The translations under genes and the position numbers were made by a program. 64,000 nt of DNA from assembly GCA_030264375.1 (NCBI GenBank), contig JASCQW010000098.1, positions 57,613,865 through 57,677,864 of the forward strand. Direction: 5' to 3'. Under the pieces are notes generated by a model. That model did not search any database. It was not told the origin of the DNA and saw only the letters and a program-made list of their open reading frames with translations. Positions 34,421 to 45,885 of the stretch are shown here, one piece after another. This DNA comes from Carcharhinus longimanus. Taxonomy: Eukaryota. Every line of letters starts with the position of its first letter. Positions within the stretch are counted from its first letter, which is position 1.

Positions 34421-36739
34421 CAGGTGTTTTATTGCCATTCACGCCTCCACTAGACCCATAATTCTTTACTTGTCCCTTAACCACCCCTTTTGCCTTGCAC
34501 CATCATTCCTTTTGTCATTTTATCTTTCCTGCCTTTCATCCGCATCGCCAACGTTCCCTTTTGTTCTTTCCTCACCTCCCTTTTTCACTGGTTCTGCACT
34601 TGTTTTAAATATTTCAAATCTCTATTTTATTCCAGCTCCAGTCGAAGTTTTGAAACATGGAGCAGGATTTTTGTTGGAGTCTTCTGAACTCTCCCTTCAG
34701 GTTCCAATGGGAGTCAGAGGTCTGTCTGTGTCAGTCACTCCTGATTGACCAATTAATGGCTAGAGGGCAGGTTTACTGTCCAATTAAGGACAGCGGGTGG
34801 ATTCTTGAAGTTTGAGAGCAAATCAGAGGCCTTTTGACTTGAAGGCCACAGTGGGTTGCTCTGGCAGATAAGTTAGGGAGCAAGTAAATGGAGACATCTC
34901 AAATTTTAAATCAAAAAAGTGGCCTTTGCAACCAAGGCACTGTGGCTGGGGTGGGGTGGGGAGCCTCTTCTCAGGCAGTGTGTGGCTGCTGCACTTAGCA
35001 GGTAGGAAGGATCTTGAAACCTGCCAAGATTGCCTCACTGCTCCCTTACCTGCTGGATGCTGCCTTCAAACAGGCAAATCGTTCTTCACTGTTTCTGAGA
35101 TTCTGAAGGTTTTCTAGAAAAGCCCTCATTCAATGTGTTTTGAATGGTCATTAACAAACTTAGTTGGCTACCTGCCATGTGCAGATGTGAAGCCATGCTA
35201 ATCCCACTATCTTTCCCCGCCTCTGACAAGCACCTGGGAAAATGGTCTGGGGACAGATTGGAGCTGAGGATCCAGCAGGTAGCCAACCAACTACTATAGT
35301 ACCCACCACCTTCCATTCCCAGTCCCGGCAGTCCTCGACCTCCATTTCTGCCAGACCTATAGATTTTCATTAATTTCTGTTTTCCAGCATACACAGTATT
35401 TTGCTCTTTTCTGATTTCTCAGGCGAATAGATCTACTCCCAATTTACTTACTTGTGAGAGGTGAAATTTCTTCAGTGAGGATTTTAAATTAATTTTTCTT
35501 GGGGTTGGCTAATTTTTGTTCTGAATTTCATAAAGGAAAAGTATGGGACCAGATCAAAGTTATCTGTAGGTAATGAGGAGTACCCTGAGGATTTGGGGAT
35601 GTTGGGGNNNNNNNNNNNNNNNNNNNNNNNNNNNNNNNNNNNNNNNNNNNNNNNNNNNNNNNNNNNNNNNNNNNNNNNNNNNNNNNNNNNNNNNNNNNNN
35701 NNNNNNNTAGGTAATGAGGAGTAAATTGATTCAAGATTGCAATTCTGTGTGAACATGACACAAGCACTTTTCACATAGCAATCTATTAACTATAACCTGA
35801 ACAATACTTTGATGTAAAATCTTTCCAATAAAGTTTAAGTGACTGGGAATTGTAACTTATTTTCCTTGAAAATTTAAAGTACATTCCTTTTTGGCTACAC
35901 TTCAGACTGCACTCGAAAGTAGACAGTTCAGACATACTGACCTGCTTTTAGTCAAGACAAACTGTATGAGAAGCAATAAACACAGCTGTGCCAGTGGGAG
36001 GCTGCTGGAGTTATGTTTCCTTTCCTGAACACATTTTGTTCATCTTTTAAGTAACATTTTCATACTTGTGCTCCTATTCCCTCTTGTAACTAGTCTCTGT
36101 GCCATCCTTCAGTCGGGAGGGTTATCCAAGGAAGATGGTCAAGAAACATTGAAGTTGCTACAAGCACGAGGCACCACATTTTACAGTGTTGTACAATGGA
36201 AACCTGCTGGTTGCCAGCTGTTTAGTAGGAGCCTTAACTCTTTAGGTTCAAAATGGTCTCACACAACTGTTCTGTTCCTGTTGAGAAGAATAAATACGTC
36301 TGAAAATGTTCCATGAAAACTGAAGTGCAGTAATTATTCAACAAAAAAATTGCAAGTGACAAAATGATAATGATTACTGTCCTACATCATTCATCTTTTA
36401 TCTTGTAATATCTTGAACTATGACCCTGCTTTTTGCTGTTGGCTGAGGTGTCTCTTCTTTATAATTGGTTGATTGAGAATGGATGAATCTTTTCATAGAC
36501 CAGATGCTGAAGTGCTGACACTTACATTTCTGAGCCTATTAGAAAAGTGTGAGAACACCTATGGAATCGTGCTGACTGAAACTCAGCTGAACCTCCCCAG
36601 AATAACTTCACATTGTACATCAGCCACTCTGTCTGTGCTGGAACTGCAACAAGCAGTTGGGGACTAAAGGACTTCCACTTGGGACATGGTGGTGTGAAAT
36701 CCCATCGTGCTTCATTTAAAATTAGAACGGTGCCATTAA

Positions 36740-38920
36740 GTCTAGATTGCCTCACCCTATTCCTTCAACCAAAATGCATAACCTCACACTTCTCTGTATT
36801 AAATTACATCAGCCACTCCTTGGTCCATTCTGTTGACCTAGTTATCTCCTGCCACAGTCGATTGATATCATCCCCAACAGTTTGGAATCATCTATAAATT
36901 TTAAGATGTTATTCTGCATTCCAATATACAAGGCACTTATATATCTAAAAAAAACAAACACTGATCCAAGCACTGAACCGTGGGAAACACCACTGCCTAC
37001 CATCACCCAGTCTGAAAAAACAGTCATTTACTACAATTCACTGTTTGCTAGCCTGAAGCCAATTTTTTACCCAAACTGACATTGACTTTGTTTTCCAAGA
37101 ACATTGAATTTACTAACCAGCCTTTCATATGGTACTTTGTCAAATGCTTTATTAAAATCCACTTCATCAAAAAAAGTCAATTGGAAGGGCCTGTTCCTGT
37201 GCTATAATTTTCTTTGTTCTTTGGATTAGTCTTTTACAAATCCTTGCTGGCTCTCCTTAATTAACTTGAGCCTCTTCAAGTGGTTTAAACCTGATTACTA
37301 TTTCCAAAGCCTAACCCACCATTGATGTTAAACTGAACAGTCTGTCTTTACCAGGAATGTCCATATGGCCTTTCTTGAATAAGGATGTTACATTTGCTAT
37401 TCTCCAATCCTCTAACCCCTCCCCATGTTGAGGGAAGATTGCAAGCCCTTATACTATCTCCATTATCACTTCCTTTAGCAACCTGGGTTGTAAGCCATCT
37501 GGATCAAGCAACTTATCTACAGTGCATCCTGTCTATCAATTTTCATCCCATCCATTACCTCTTCTACCTCTGCATCTCCTGATATTTTGTCACCTTCCTC
37601 TTCCTTGGTTAATACCATTGCAAAGTACTCCTCAAGTAATCTCACTGTGCACTGTCTCTCTAAGCATGCATCACCCTCTTTTTCAACCTGCCCCATTTCA
37701 TACTATTAGCTTACTATTGAGTGTCAGTAGAAAATCTTTGGGTTCCTTTTTAAATTAATTATCATTCTATTCTCATATCCTCTCTTTGTTGAATGTATTT
37801 TCCTCTTCATTTCATCCTTTCAACTTATTTGTATTTGGCCTGGTTATTGCTTGAAGAATTTACCTTTACACTTTATTTTTATGTTTCATCATATTCTCTA
37901 TCTCTTGCATCGTTCAAGGAGCCCTGCCTTTGATTCCCTTACTTTTCATAATGTTGGAACATACCTAGCCTGTAACTGAAACATCTCCTTAAAGATCACC
38001 CTTTGTTCAATACAGTTTTGCCTGCTAAACTTTGGTTCCAACTTAGCCTGGTTAGATCATCTCTTATCCCACTGAATTTTTGATTTGATTTGATTCATTA
38101 TTGTCACATATTAGTATACAGTGAATAGTATTGTTTCTCGTGCGCTATACAGACAAAGCAAATCGTACATAAGGAAGGAAAGGAAAGCGTGCAGAACGTA
38201 GTGATACAGTCATAGCTAGGATGTAGAGAAAGATCCCTCTTCCAATTTATAAGTCCAACTTTACATTGTTTCTTGCTCTTCTACATTACAAATCCTTATG
38301 ATTCAAATAATCATTCTTCCCCCATGTTCCTCCACAGACACTTGACTCACCTCATTCCCAGAACAAGATCCAACAAAGCTTCCTCCCTAGTTAAATTGAG
38401 AATATGCTGCTCGAGGAAGTTCACCTGAACATGTTTCAAAAATTCCTCTCCCTCCTTACCCTCTACTGTTAACGTTATCCCAATTGATATTTGAGTAATG
38501 GATGATCTCCAATATCACCACGCTATGGATCCTGCATATCTCTATGATTTCCCTGTAGATTTACTCCTCTGTCTCTCTCTCAGTATTTGGAGGCCAATAA
38601 AATACCCCTAGTGTGGAATTATATCTGTCTTGTATCTCAACTGTAACCAAGTGCACTCTGTTCCCCTCAAGAACTTTCTTTCATTCCAACATTATAAAGC
38701 TTCCCCTAATCAATACTGCCATCCCATCATCCTTTTTTCCATCCATATCTTTCTTGAGCACTTTTGATCCTTGATTATTGGGTATTTAGTCTTCATATTT
38801 AAGCCATGTTTCCATTATTGCCACAGCATCAGATTTCCACATGACTATTTGTGCTTGTAGTTCACCAACCTTATTCACCAGACTTTGTGGGTTTATATGC
38901 AGTACATGCATTCTTAATGT
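36740..38920 (-). mobile_element. Old CR1 LINE (endonuclease to RT) with nested insertions
   Basis: GSGVSHGSVLGS..ILKFIDDSKL (GVPQGSVLG/KFADDTKL-like); endonuclease-like region 38400-38900; a tiny plus-strand CR1 tail at about 37183-37223. Confidence 0.8.
38079..38234 (-). mobile_element. Rex1/Babar 3' UTR fragment
   Basis: Homologous to 8726-8895; (TCAAA)n tail. Confidence 0.75.
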
Positions 38921-39984
38921 GTCTTTGTTCCTCAAAGCCTAGGTTTAGAGAATTTAATATCATTACATCTTTAATCTCAATTTCGTTCAATCTTTTGATT
39001 TGGAATAGCAAATAAAGCTTGCCTTATGTTATTAATAGCATGTATTTTGAATTGCCTGAATGAGTAAAGTTGCCTTGGTTCTGTGTCAGCATGTTGGATG
39101 CTGTAAGTGCACAGCTGAAAGCTGTTCTGGCAGCTGGCCAGAATTACATTTCTCATGGTGTGTGACTTCAGTTCTTTATTTCCATAACTTATTGCCGCGG
39201 TGACCCACAATGGAGCCAAATCGCTGCTACAGTTTTTGTTTATGAAAACTTGGCAAATATCTTTGCCAAACAACAGGGTCACCTAGTTGCTGCACGAGGC
39301 ATCACAAGCAAAAGGAAAGCGGAAAAAAAAACAGGAGCTGCTCAAGACCAATTAAATAGTTTAGTCTAGTGGATAAACTCAGTGTCGGGATTAACCATGT
39401 GATTGCAGTACTTTTATCACTAATAATAGAAAATAACACGCTGGAAACATTCGCTTGTAATACCAATGTTAAGTTCAAATGATATTCATCAATTTTTGTC
39501 CAGGAATTTTCCAATGATACCTACTGCAGATTATTGTTGTAAATAGGCCATTTGAGTTGGATTGATCATTTAGCATTTGTTCACCCTAAAGGATAAATTT
39601 TGTGAGACTCCTTGTAACAATTCCTTAGTGATCCATCATTGGTCCCTTGCTCTTTCTCATCTACATGTTGCTACTTGACAATAGCAGCAAGCATGGAGTC
39701 AGTTTCACAACTGAGTGGCCATTCTACCCTGTCATCTCTCTCTACCCCTTCACTGCCTCTATGCTGGTGCCAGATTGACTTAACATCCAGTGCTGAATGA
39801 GTCTCATCTTCATCCAATTCAACACTGGGAAGATCAGAGTTACCTGCATCTTCGAATTATTTGCAACCATGGCACCCTGAGCTTCTGACACTGCATCCTG
39901 TTTAGCACAAAGGCCACTAACCACTTTCTCTGTACTAATGTTTCTTTCTGCTCAGTACTGAAGTACCCATTCATACATTTAACA

Positions 39985-40126
39985 CCTCAGGACACAGACG
40001 CAGGTACAGCAGGCAGTAAAGAAGGCAATTGGTATGTTGGCCTTCACAGCGAGAGGATTTGAATATAGGAATAGGGATGTTTTGCTGCAATTGTAAAGGA
40101 AGCTGCTGAGGCCACACCTGGATTAT
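39985..40126 (+). mobile_element. CR1 fragment running into a gap
   Basis: QVQQAVKKAIGMLAFTARGFEYRNRDVLLQL*RKLLRPHLDY. Confidence 0.88.
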
Positions 40127-40429
40127 NNNNNNNNNNNNNNNNNNNNNNNNNNNNNNNNNNNNNNNNNNNNNNNNNNNNNNNNNNNNNNNNNNNNNNNNNN
40201 NNNNNNNNNNNNNNNNNNNNNNNNNNNNNNNNNNNNNNNNNNNNNNNNNNNNNNNNNNNNNNNNNNNNNNNNNNNNNNNNNNNNNNNNNNNNNNNNNNNN
40301 NNNNNNNNNNNNNNNNNNNNNNNNNNNNNNNNNNNNNTCCCAATGGTGGAGGAGTTCAGAACTGCTGAGAAAGGAGATTTGGCTGAGTGCACCATCTACC
40401 AGGTACACAGTACACACTCTTGCGACTTG

Positions 40430-40738
40430 GCAAAATCTCACAACTGTCCTGGCTGGAGACAATACACACCTCTTTAACCTGTGCTTAACCCTCTCTCCAC
40501 TCACATTGTCTGTACTTCAAGGCTTGATTAGTTGTAAAGACTTGCATTCCAACCATTATCTTGCAAATTGAGTTTGTGTCTATATATTCCCTGTTTGTGA
40601 ACACAACTCCTCACTCACCTGAAGAAGGAGTGACATTCCAAAGGCTTGTGCTACCAAATAAACCTATTGGACTTTAACCTAGTTGTGCGACTTCTTACTG
40701 TGTTTACCCCAGTCCAACGTCGGCTTTTCCACATCATG
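40430..40738 (+). mobile_element. Penelope-type terminal repeat (family 1) with degenerate hammerhead at 40616-40650
   Basis: CAC-CTGAAGA-A-GGAGTGACATTCC-AAAG-GCTT-GTG then ccaaataaacctattggactttaacc...ccacatca. Confidence 0.75.
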
Positions 40739-41379
40739 ACTTTTGGATCCACAGGTATGTTGATTGAATAGTGTTTCAAGCTCTGTGCAAAGCCCTGTGA
40801 CACTTTTGTGCTGGACACCAATTCCTTCAGGATGTTTCTAGACTGTCTCATTGAAGTCCTCATCCGAATCCTCTGCTCCAGAATGTGAGTTCAGTCTTGC
40901 CCTTTGACATCTGAGCCACCTGTGTTAACCTTGCCCCATGCAATGGCTGCAAGTCTTTCATGCCCACTTCTTACAGATCCTGCCACTAGCCTATAGTCTA
41001 AAATCCAAATCCCCAAGATCAGTCTCTGAGCTGATTGTTGTAAAACTGAATAACAATGTATCTTCATCATCACTTAAATTCCCTCCACTTCTTGGCCAGG
41101 ATACGCTTTAGCGATATCTAAAAATAGAATGGCTGTGGATAAGATTATTGTGCCGAGAAGGCATGTGGAAAAAAGAGATGAATGCTTCTACCATCTGCAG
41201 TCTGTAAACCAGAGGAGATTCAGTGATGGGGAGGAAATGGGATGTGAGAATGAGCATTAGGTACAAAGGTACTACCATCCTTTATGATTTCAGCCTGGCA
41301 GCTGATCACAGCCTCAGCAACTCCTCTGTGAGGGGTCAGGACATGAAAGTGCACCTGTCCACTCCTGCTACCTTCAGTT

Positions 41380-41955
41380 ATAGAGTCATAGAGTAATACA
41401 TTACAGAAGAGACCCTTCAGCCCATCGCATCTGCACTGACAAAACTACACTAAATCAAGCATAATCCCACTTTCCAGTGCTTGGTCCGTAGCCTTGAACT
41501 TTATGACATTTCAAATGCTATCCAAGTACCTTTAAGGTTTCCTGCCATTACTATCCTCCAGAATGCAGTGCATTGCAAACTCCCACCAACCTCTGGCTGA
41601 AAAATATTTACCTCCGATTCCCTGTTAATCTGCAACCCTTCACATTAAAATTATAGCCCTATGCCATTGATCCTTCAACTAAGGGGAACAGCTGTACTTT
41701 GTCTCTGTCCATACCCTAATAACCTTATATACCTCAATCAGGTCCCCATTTAGCCTTCTCTGCTCTAAAGAAAACAATCCAAGCCTTTCCAGTCTCTCCC
41801 TATTGCTCAAATGCTTCATCCCAGCCAACATCCTGATGAATCTCCTCTGCACCGTCACCAATGCAATCGCTTCCTTCCTATAATGGGGTGCTAAAACTGC
41901 ACACAATATTCCAGCTGAGGCCTAACCAACGTTTTATACAGGTTCAATATGATCT
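41380..41955 (-). mobile_element. CR1 3' end
   Basis: APHYRKEAIALVTVQRRFIRMLAGMKHLSNRERLERLGLFSLEQRRLNGDLIEVYK. Confidence 0.9.
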
Positions 41956-41984
41956 TCTCATCAGCAGCTTTACTGGACTGGACT

Positions 41985-42275
41985 TTCATAAAATCCCTAC
42001 AGTGCAGAAGGAGGCCATTTGGCCCATCGAACCTGCACCAATCACAATCCCACCCAAGCCCTATTCCCACAACCCCACCCTGCTAATCCCCTGACACTAG
42101 AATCAATTTAGCATAGCTAATCAACCTAAGCCGCAAATCTTTGAACCGCGGGAGGAAACCGGAGCACCTGGAGGAAACCCACGCAGACACGGGGAGAATG
42201 TGCAGTCTCCGCACAGTGACCCGAGGCCGGAATTGAACCTGGGTCCCTGCTGCTGTGAGACACCACCGTGCCAAC
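41985..42275 (-). mobile_element. HE1 V-SINE
   Basis: cataaaatccctacagtgcagaaggaggcc...gaattgaacctgggtccctg. Confidence 0.9.
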
Positions 42276-42771
42276 TTGCTGCACAGTCTTGCTATTTTGT
42301 TCAGTACGATTACCCAATAGAAGCATAACTGGTGGAAAGGATCACAGAATGTTAAACACGAGTTGCATTTAGCACAATGAGTTTCGGCAATGTTTTGCAC
42401 TTGTTCTATAAACACTGCGCTAGAAACCTGCCTCACCCACATAATGCCCATTATTCCAGGATGAATTAGTCATTACTGAGAATTTCTGCTAATTGCATGT
42501 ATTTTCAAGCCTTCAAGAAAGGTCCAAAAATTAAACTGGATCATTTGGTTGCTATGACACCAATATGCACATATTGAAAAGTTGCAAATGCATTTTTCAA
42601 AACAAAATGAATAACGAATTAACAACTATACCCCAACCTAAATAAAAAAAACAGACTTGTATATTTTGATTGACATTTAGAAACCTAAATTAAGTTTCTC
42701 ATTGGTGGTGCATTGACATTGTGATTCAAAATGCTTATTTTTTTTTGTGGTGAACTCATGGTAAACTGTAC

Positions 42772-43050
42772 TAAGAACATAAGAAATAGGAGCAGGAGTA
42801 GGCCATCTAGCCCTTCGAGCCTGCCNNNNNNNNNNNNNNNNNNNNNNNNNNNNNNNNNNNNNNNNNNNNNNNNNNNNNNNNNNNNNNNNNNNNNNNNNNN
42901 NNNNNNNNNNNNNNNNNNNNNNNNNCCTTCTTAATTAGTCTAGTAACCTGACCTGCCACCTTTAGGGATCTGTGGACAAGCACCCCAAGGTCCCTCTGTT
43001 CCTCTGAGTTTCTTAATGTCCTGCTGGTCACTGAGTATTCCCTTGTGCAG
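42772..43050 (-). mobile_element. CR1 3' portion spanning a gap
   Basis: taagaacataagaaataggagcaggagtaggcc tail; EEQRDLGVLVHRSLKVAGQV. Confidence 0.88.
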
Positions 43051-43279
43051 CACCCTTTTCTACAAGAAAGAGAGAGAAGTGAATACTGTGCAATCTGTTC
43101 ATCATGGCTTAATAGCTGGCAGTGTGCAAACTGAAATGAAGCTCACAGCAGTGTTAAATGTGCTTGCCATGAATGTCAGGCACAAGTCCTGATTGAACGA
43201 CTGTTGGTAGCTGAGTAAAGTGTGGTGAATTGAGCATGGCTGTGGCTAGTAGTGCAGTTGGTAGTGTATGGTATTTGTA

Positions 43280-43542
43280 GATGCATTCGCTGACCTTAAC
43301 CACTCATGTGAATTCATTGAACTTCTTGCAATAGTACATCCAGGTTCTTGTGAATTGACTGTGCATTGTGCATGTTGTCCAGTGCATTGACCTCCATCAG
43401 CTCCTCAGTGTCTTCAGAATGGGTGTCTGGGGACCTAGTTATTTGAACACGAGATGTATTTCCTCCTTTCCACTTCCTCTACCAAGACCTCTTGGGCAAT
43501 GCCTGAAAAATTTAGTGCCTGCTCTGTTCCCTATTGTGCCAT
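43280..43542 (-). pseudogene. Harbinger Myb/SANT (NAIF1/MSANTD-like) gene remnant
   Basis: MAQ*GTEQALNFSGIAQEVLVEEVERRK ... TRTWMYYCKKFNEFT*VVKVS; compare RAPRFS..LEVLVEEV and RTWxQCRKKFNDL. Confidence 0.65.
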
Positions 43543-44055
43543 TATTCAATGTTTCACAGACCACATTCACTTCTGCATGGCAGCCAGCAGCTGTCTACCT
43601 CCACTTTAAAAGTTACACAAAAGTTTAAGTGAGCAGTCAGCATGAAGTAGGCATGGTGACTGTGTCACAGTTAATGGGCATGGGTTGATTGTGCCTATTT
43701 TTAGGATCTATAAAAATAGCAGCTAAAACACCAATGCCACCATAAATATTGCCATTCTGGTCTGTATTCAAGATAGACTTAACTAATTACCTGTGTTTGC
43801 CTTTCAAGGAATCCTCTTGTCACATGTAATCAACAAAATTTCCTAAAGCATGATTTACTATACTCTCCTCTACACTACTTCAACCATCATTCATGCTCCT
43901 TCAAAGCTGTACTTAATATAATCGGAAACAAATAGCCTCTATCGAACTTGCAGCTGGTCTTGCACAATGCCAGTGTATGCTTGCTTGAGAACCAAAATGT
44001 CAGGGGTCATGGATAAGTTGGTAATCTGGACTTGCCTGGCCCTCCAATTTTTTTT

Positions 44056-44348
44056 AAGTTTATTTATTAGTGTCACAAGTAGGCTTACGTTAACACTGCA
44101 ATGAAGTTACTATGAAAATCCCCCAGTCACCACACTCCAGCACCTGTTTGAGTACACCAAGGGAGAATTTAGCATGGCCAATGCACCTAACCTGCATGTC
44201 TTTTGGATTGTGGGAGGAAAACTGGAGGAAATGCAGGCAGACATGGGAAGAATGTGCAGAGTTTACACAATGACTCCGCTGGAAATCGAACTCAGGTTCC
44301 TGGTGCTGTAAAGTAGCAATGCTAACCACTAAGCCACCATGCTACTGC
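44056..44348 (-). mobile_element. V-SINE, alternative-tail subfamily
   Basis: aagtttatttattagtgtcacaagtaggcttac...gctaaccactaagccacc. Confidence 0.88.
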
Positions 44349-45559
44349 CTAGTTAAGCAGAATGGTGACCATCCAGGTGAAGAAAATTATTCTTGGAAAA
44401 AGCAAAGTATAAAAATATCTCATTCTTTTATTCAATGCTTCTGTGCCCAAGCTTGAAATCAAGGGCGGCCATATGATAATGAATTTTGAGGAGATGAGAT
44501 GTCTCCTTCCAAGCCTACTATTACATTTTACAATTTTTCTAAAAATTACAGTCTTCCCCTGAACAAGGCTGCAAATTTTTTTATGATTCGAAACTTGTGT
44601 AATATTTGCTTGTATTCTCTCTTCAGATATCATGTACTGAAAGGGCATTAGCAACCATGGATTTCTTTGGTCCATTTATGCTTGACAAGATATTGCAGTG
44701 GTTTGCCTTGTCTTCTGCAGATGGCTGACCCGCTCTTACTGCTTGCTGATGGCATATTAAAGGAATTCACTAGTTAATAATCAACCCATTTGGCCACATT
44801 ATGAATGCATTTCTCATGGCTAATAAGCCCTGAAGCTTCTGGCCCGAATATGCATACAACCACTATGTCACATAACGTGATTTGAAAAATTCAGATTTTT
44901 GACACATTATTATGTCATTACTTTCATCCCTTACATCCGCTCACCTACGTTTCCCTCCTCCTGTGAGGCAGGGTGTGTTTTGCTTTGAAAGACTCAGTAA
45001 TCAGGATATGGGTTTCAGCCTTTATGCTATTCGATAGCAGTCCACAGATTAACTTAACTCTGCCTATGTACATTCATAGATATGACTCAGAACAAATGCA
45101 GGCATTCTCACTATTCAAAGTTGTTTGGTGTGTGTACAAGAGAGCGAGAGAGAATGAATGTAACATTGTAGAGTCTTTAATTACTTTCCGCCTGGTCAAT
45201 GCTAATTATATAGTATTATAATTCATGTGGTTAGCATGAATGACCAATTGCAGAGATCTAGAAATTAGCCAGAAGGCATCATAGTAATTTCACTTCCAGT
45301 ATTTTCAAGAAACATGTATAAAACATGTTTGTGCTATAAAACCGCTCACTCACCTACTTTATGCACATAATGTACAACTGCCCTTTTCATTATTGGCCCT
45401 ACCTATCACTTTCTTCCTCCATGACGAATGCTGCAAATGATCAGCAGTTTAGTTATTTTACTCCAGATAAGTTGAAGCCGCCAATGTCTCTATTGTTGAC
45501 ATTGGTTCCATTACTGTAGATAAATCCACCTATTCATTTTTCAACCTGACCCAATTTAG

Positions 45560-45885
45560 TGGCTTGGTTGTGAAGTCTTTTCAACAGCACCTGAAACCGT
45601 AACCTTCACCATCAAGACGAACAACAGTCGCAGAGACATGTGAACACATCACTTCCTTGTTGAACAGCAAATCGCACACCATTCTGATTTCTACTTATCT
45701 GACCTTTTGATTATTTTTGCTGTTTTGCAAACCTGAAACTCCCTACCTTACAACATTGTAGAAGCACCTACCCAACATGGACTGCAGCATTTCAAGAACA
45801 CCCAACATCAAGGGCATCATAAGGATGGACAATAAATCTCAGCCAGTCCAGTGACACCCTGATCTCCAAATTGAATATATTTTAA
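45560..45885 (+). mobile_element. LINE 3' end (CR1/L2 group)
   Basis: cctgaaactccctacc (WNSLP-like), ggactgcagcatttcaag, ggatggacaataaat tail. Confidence 0.65.
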
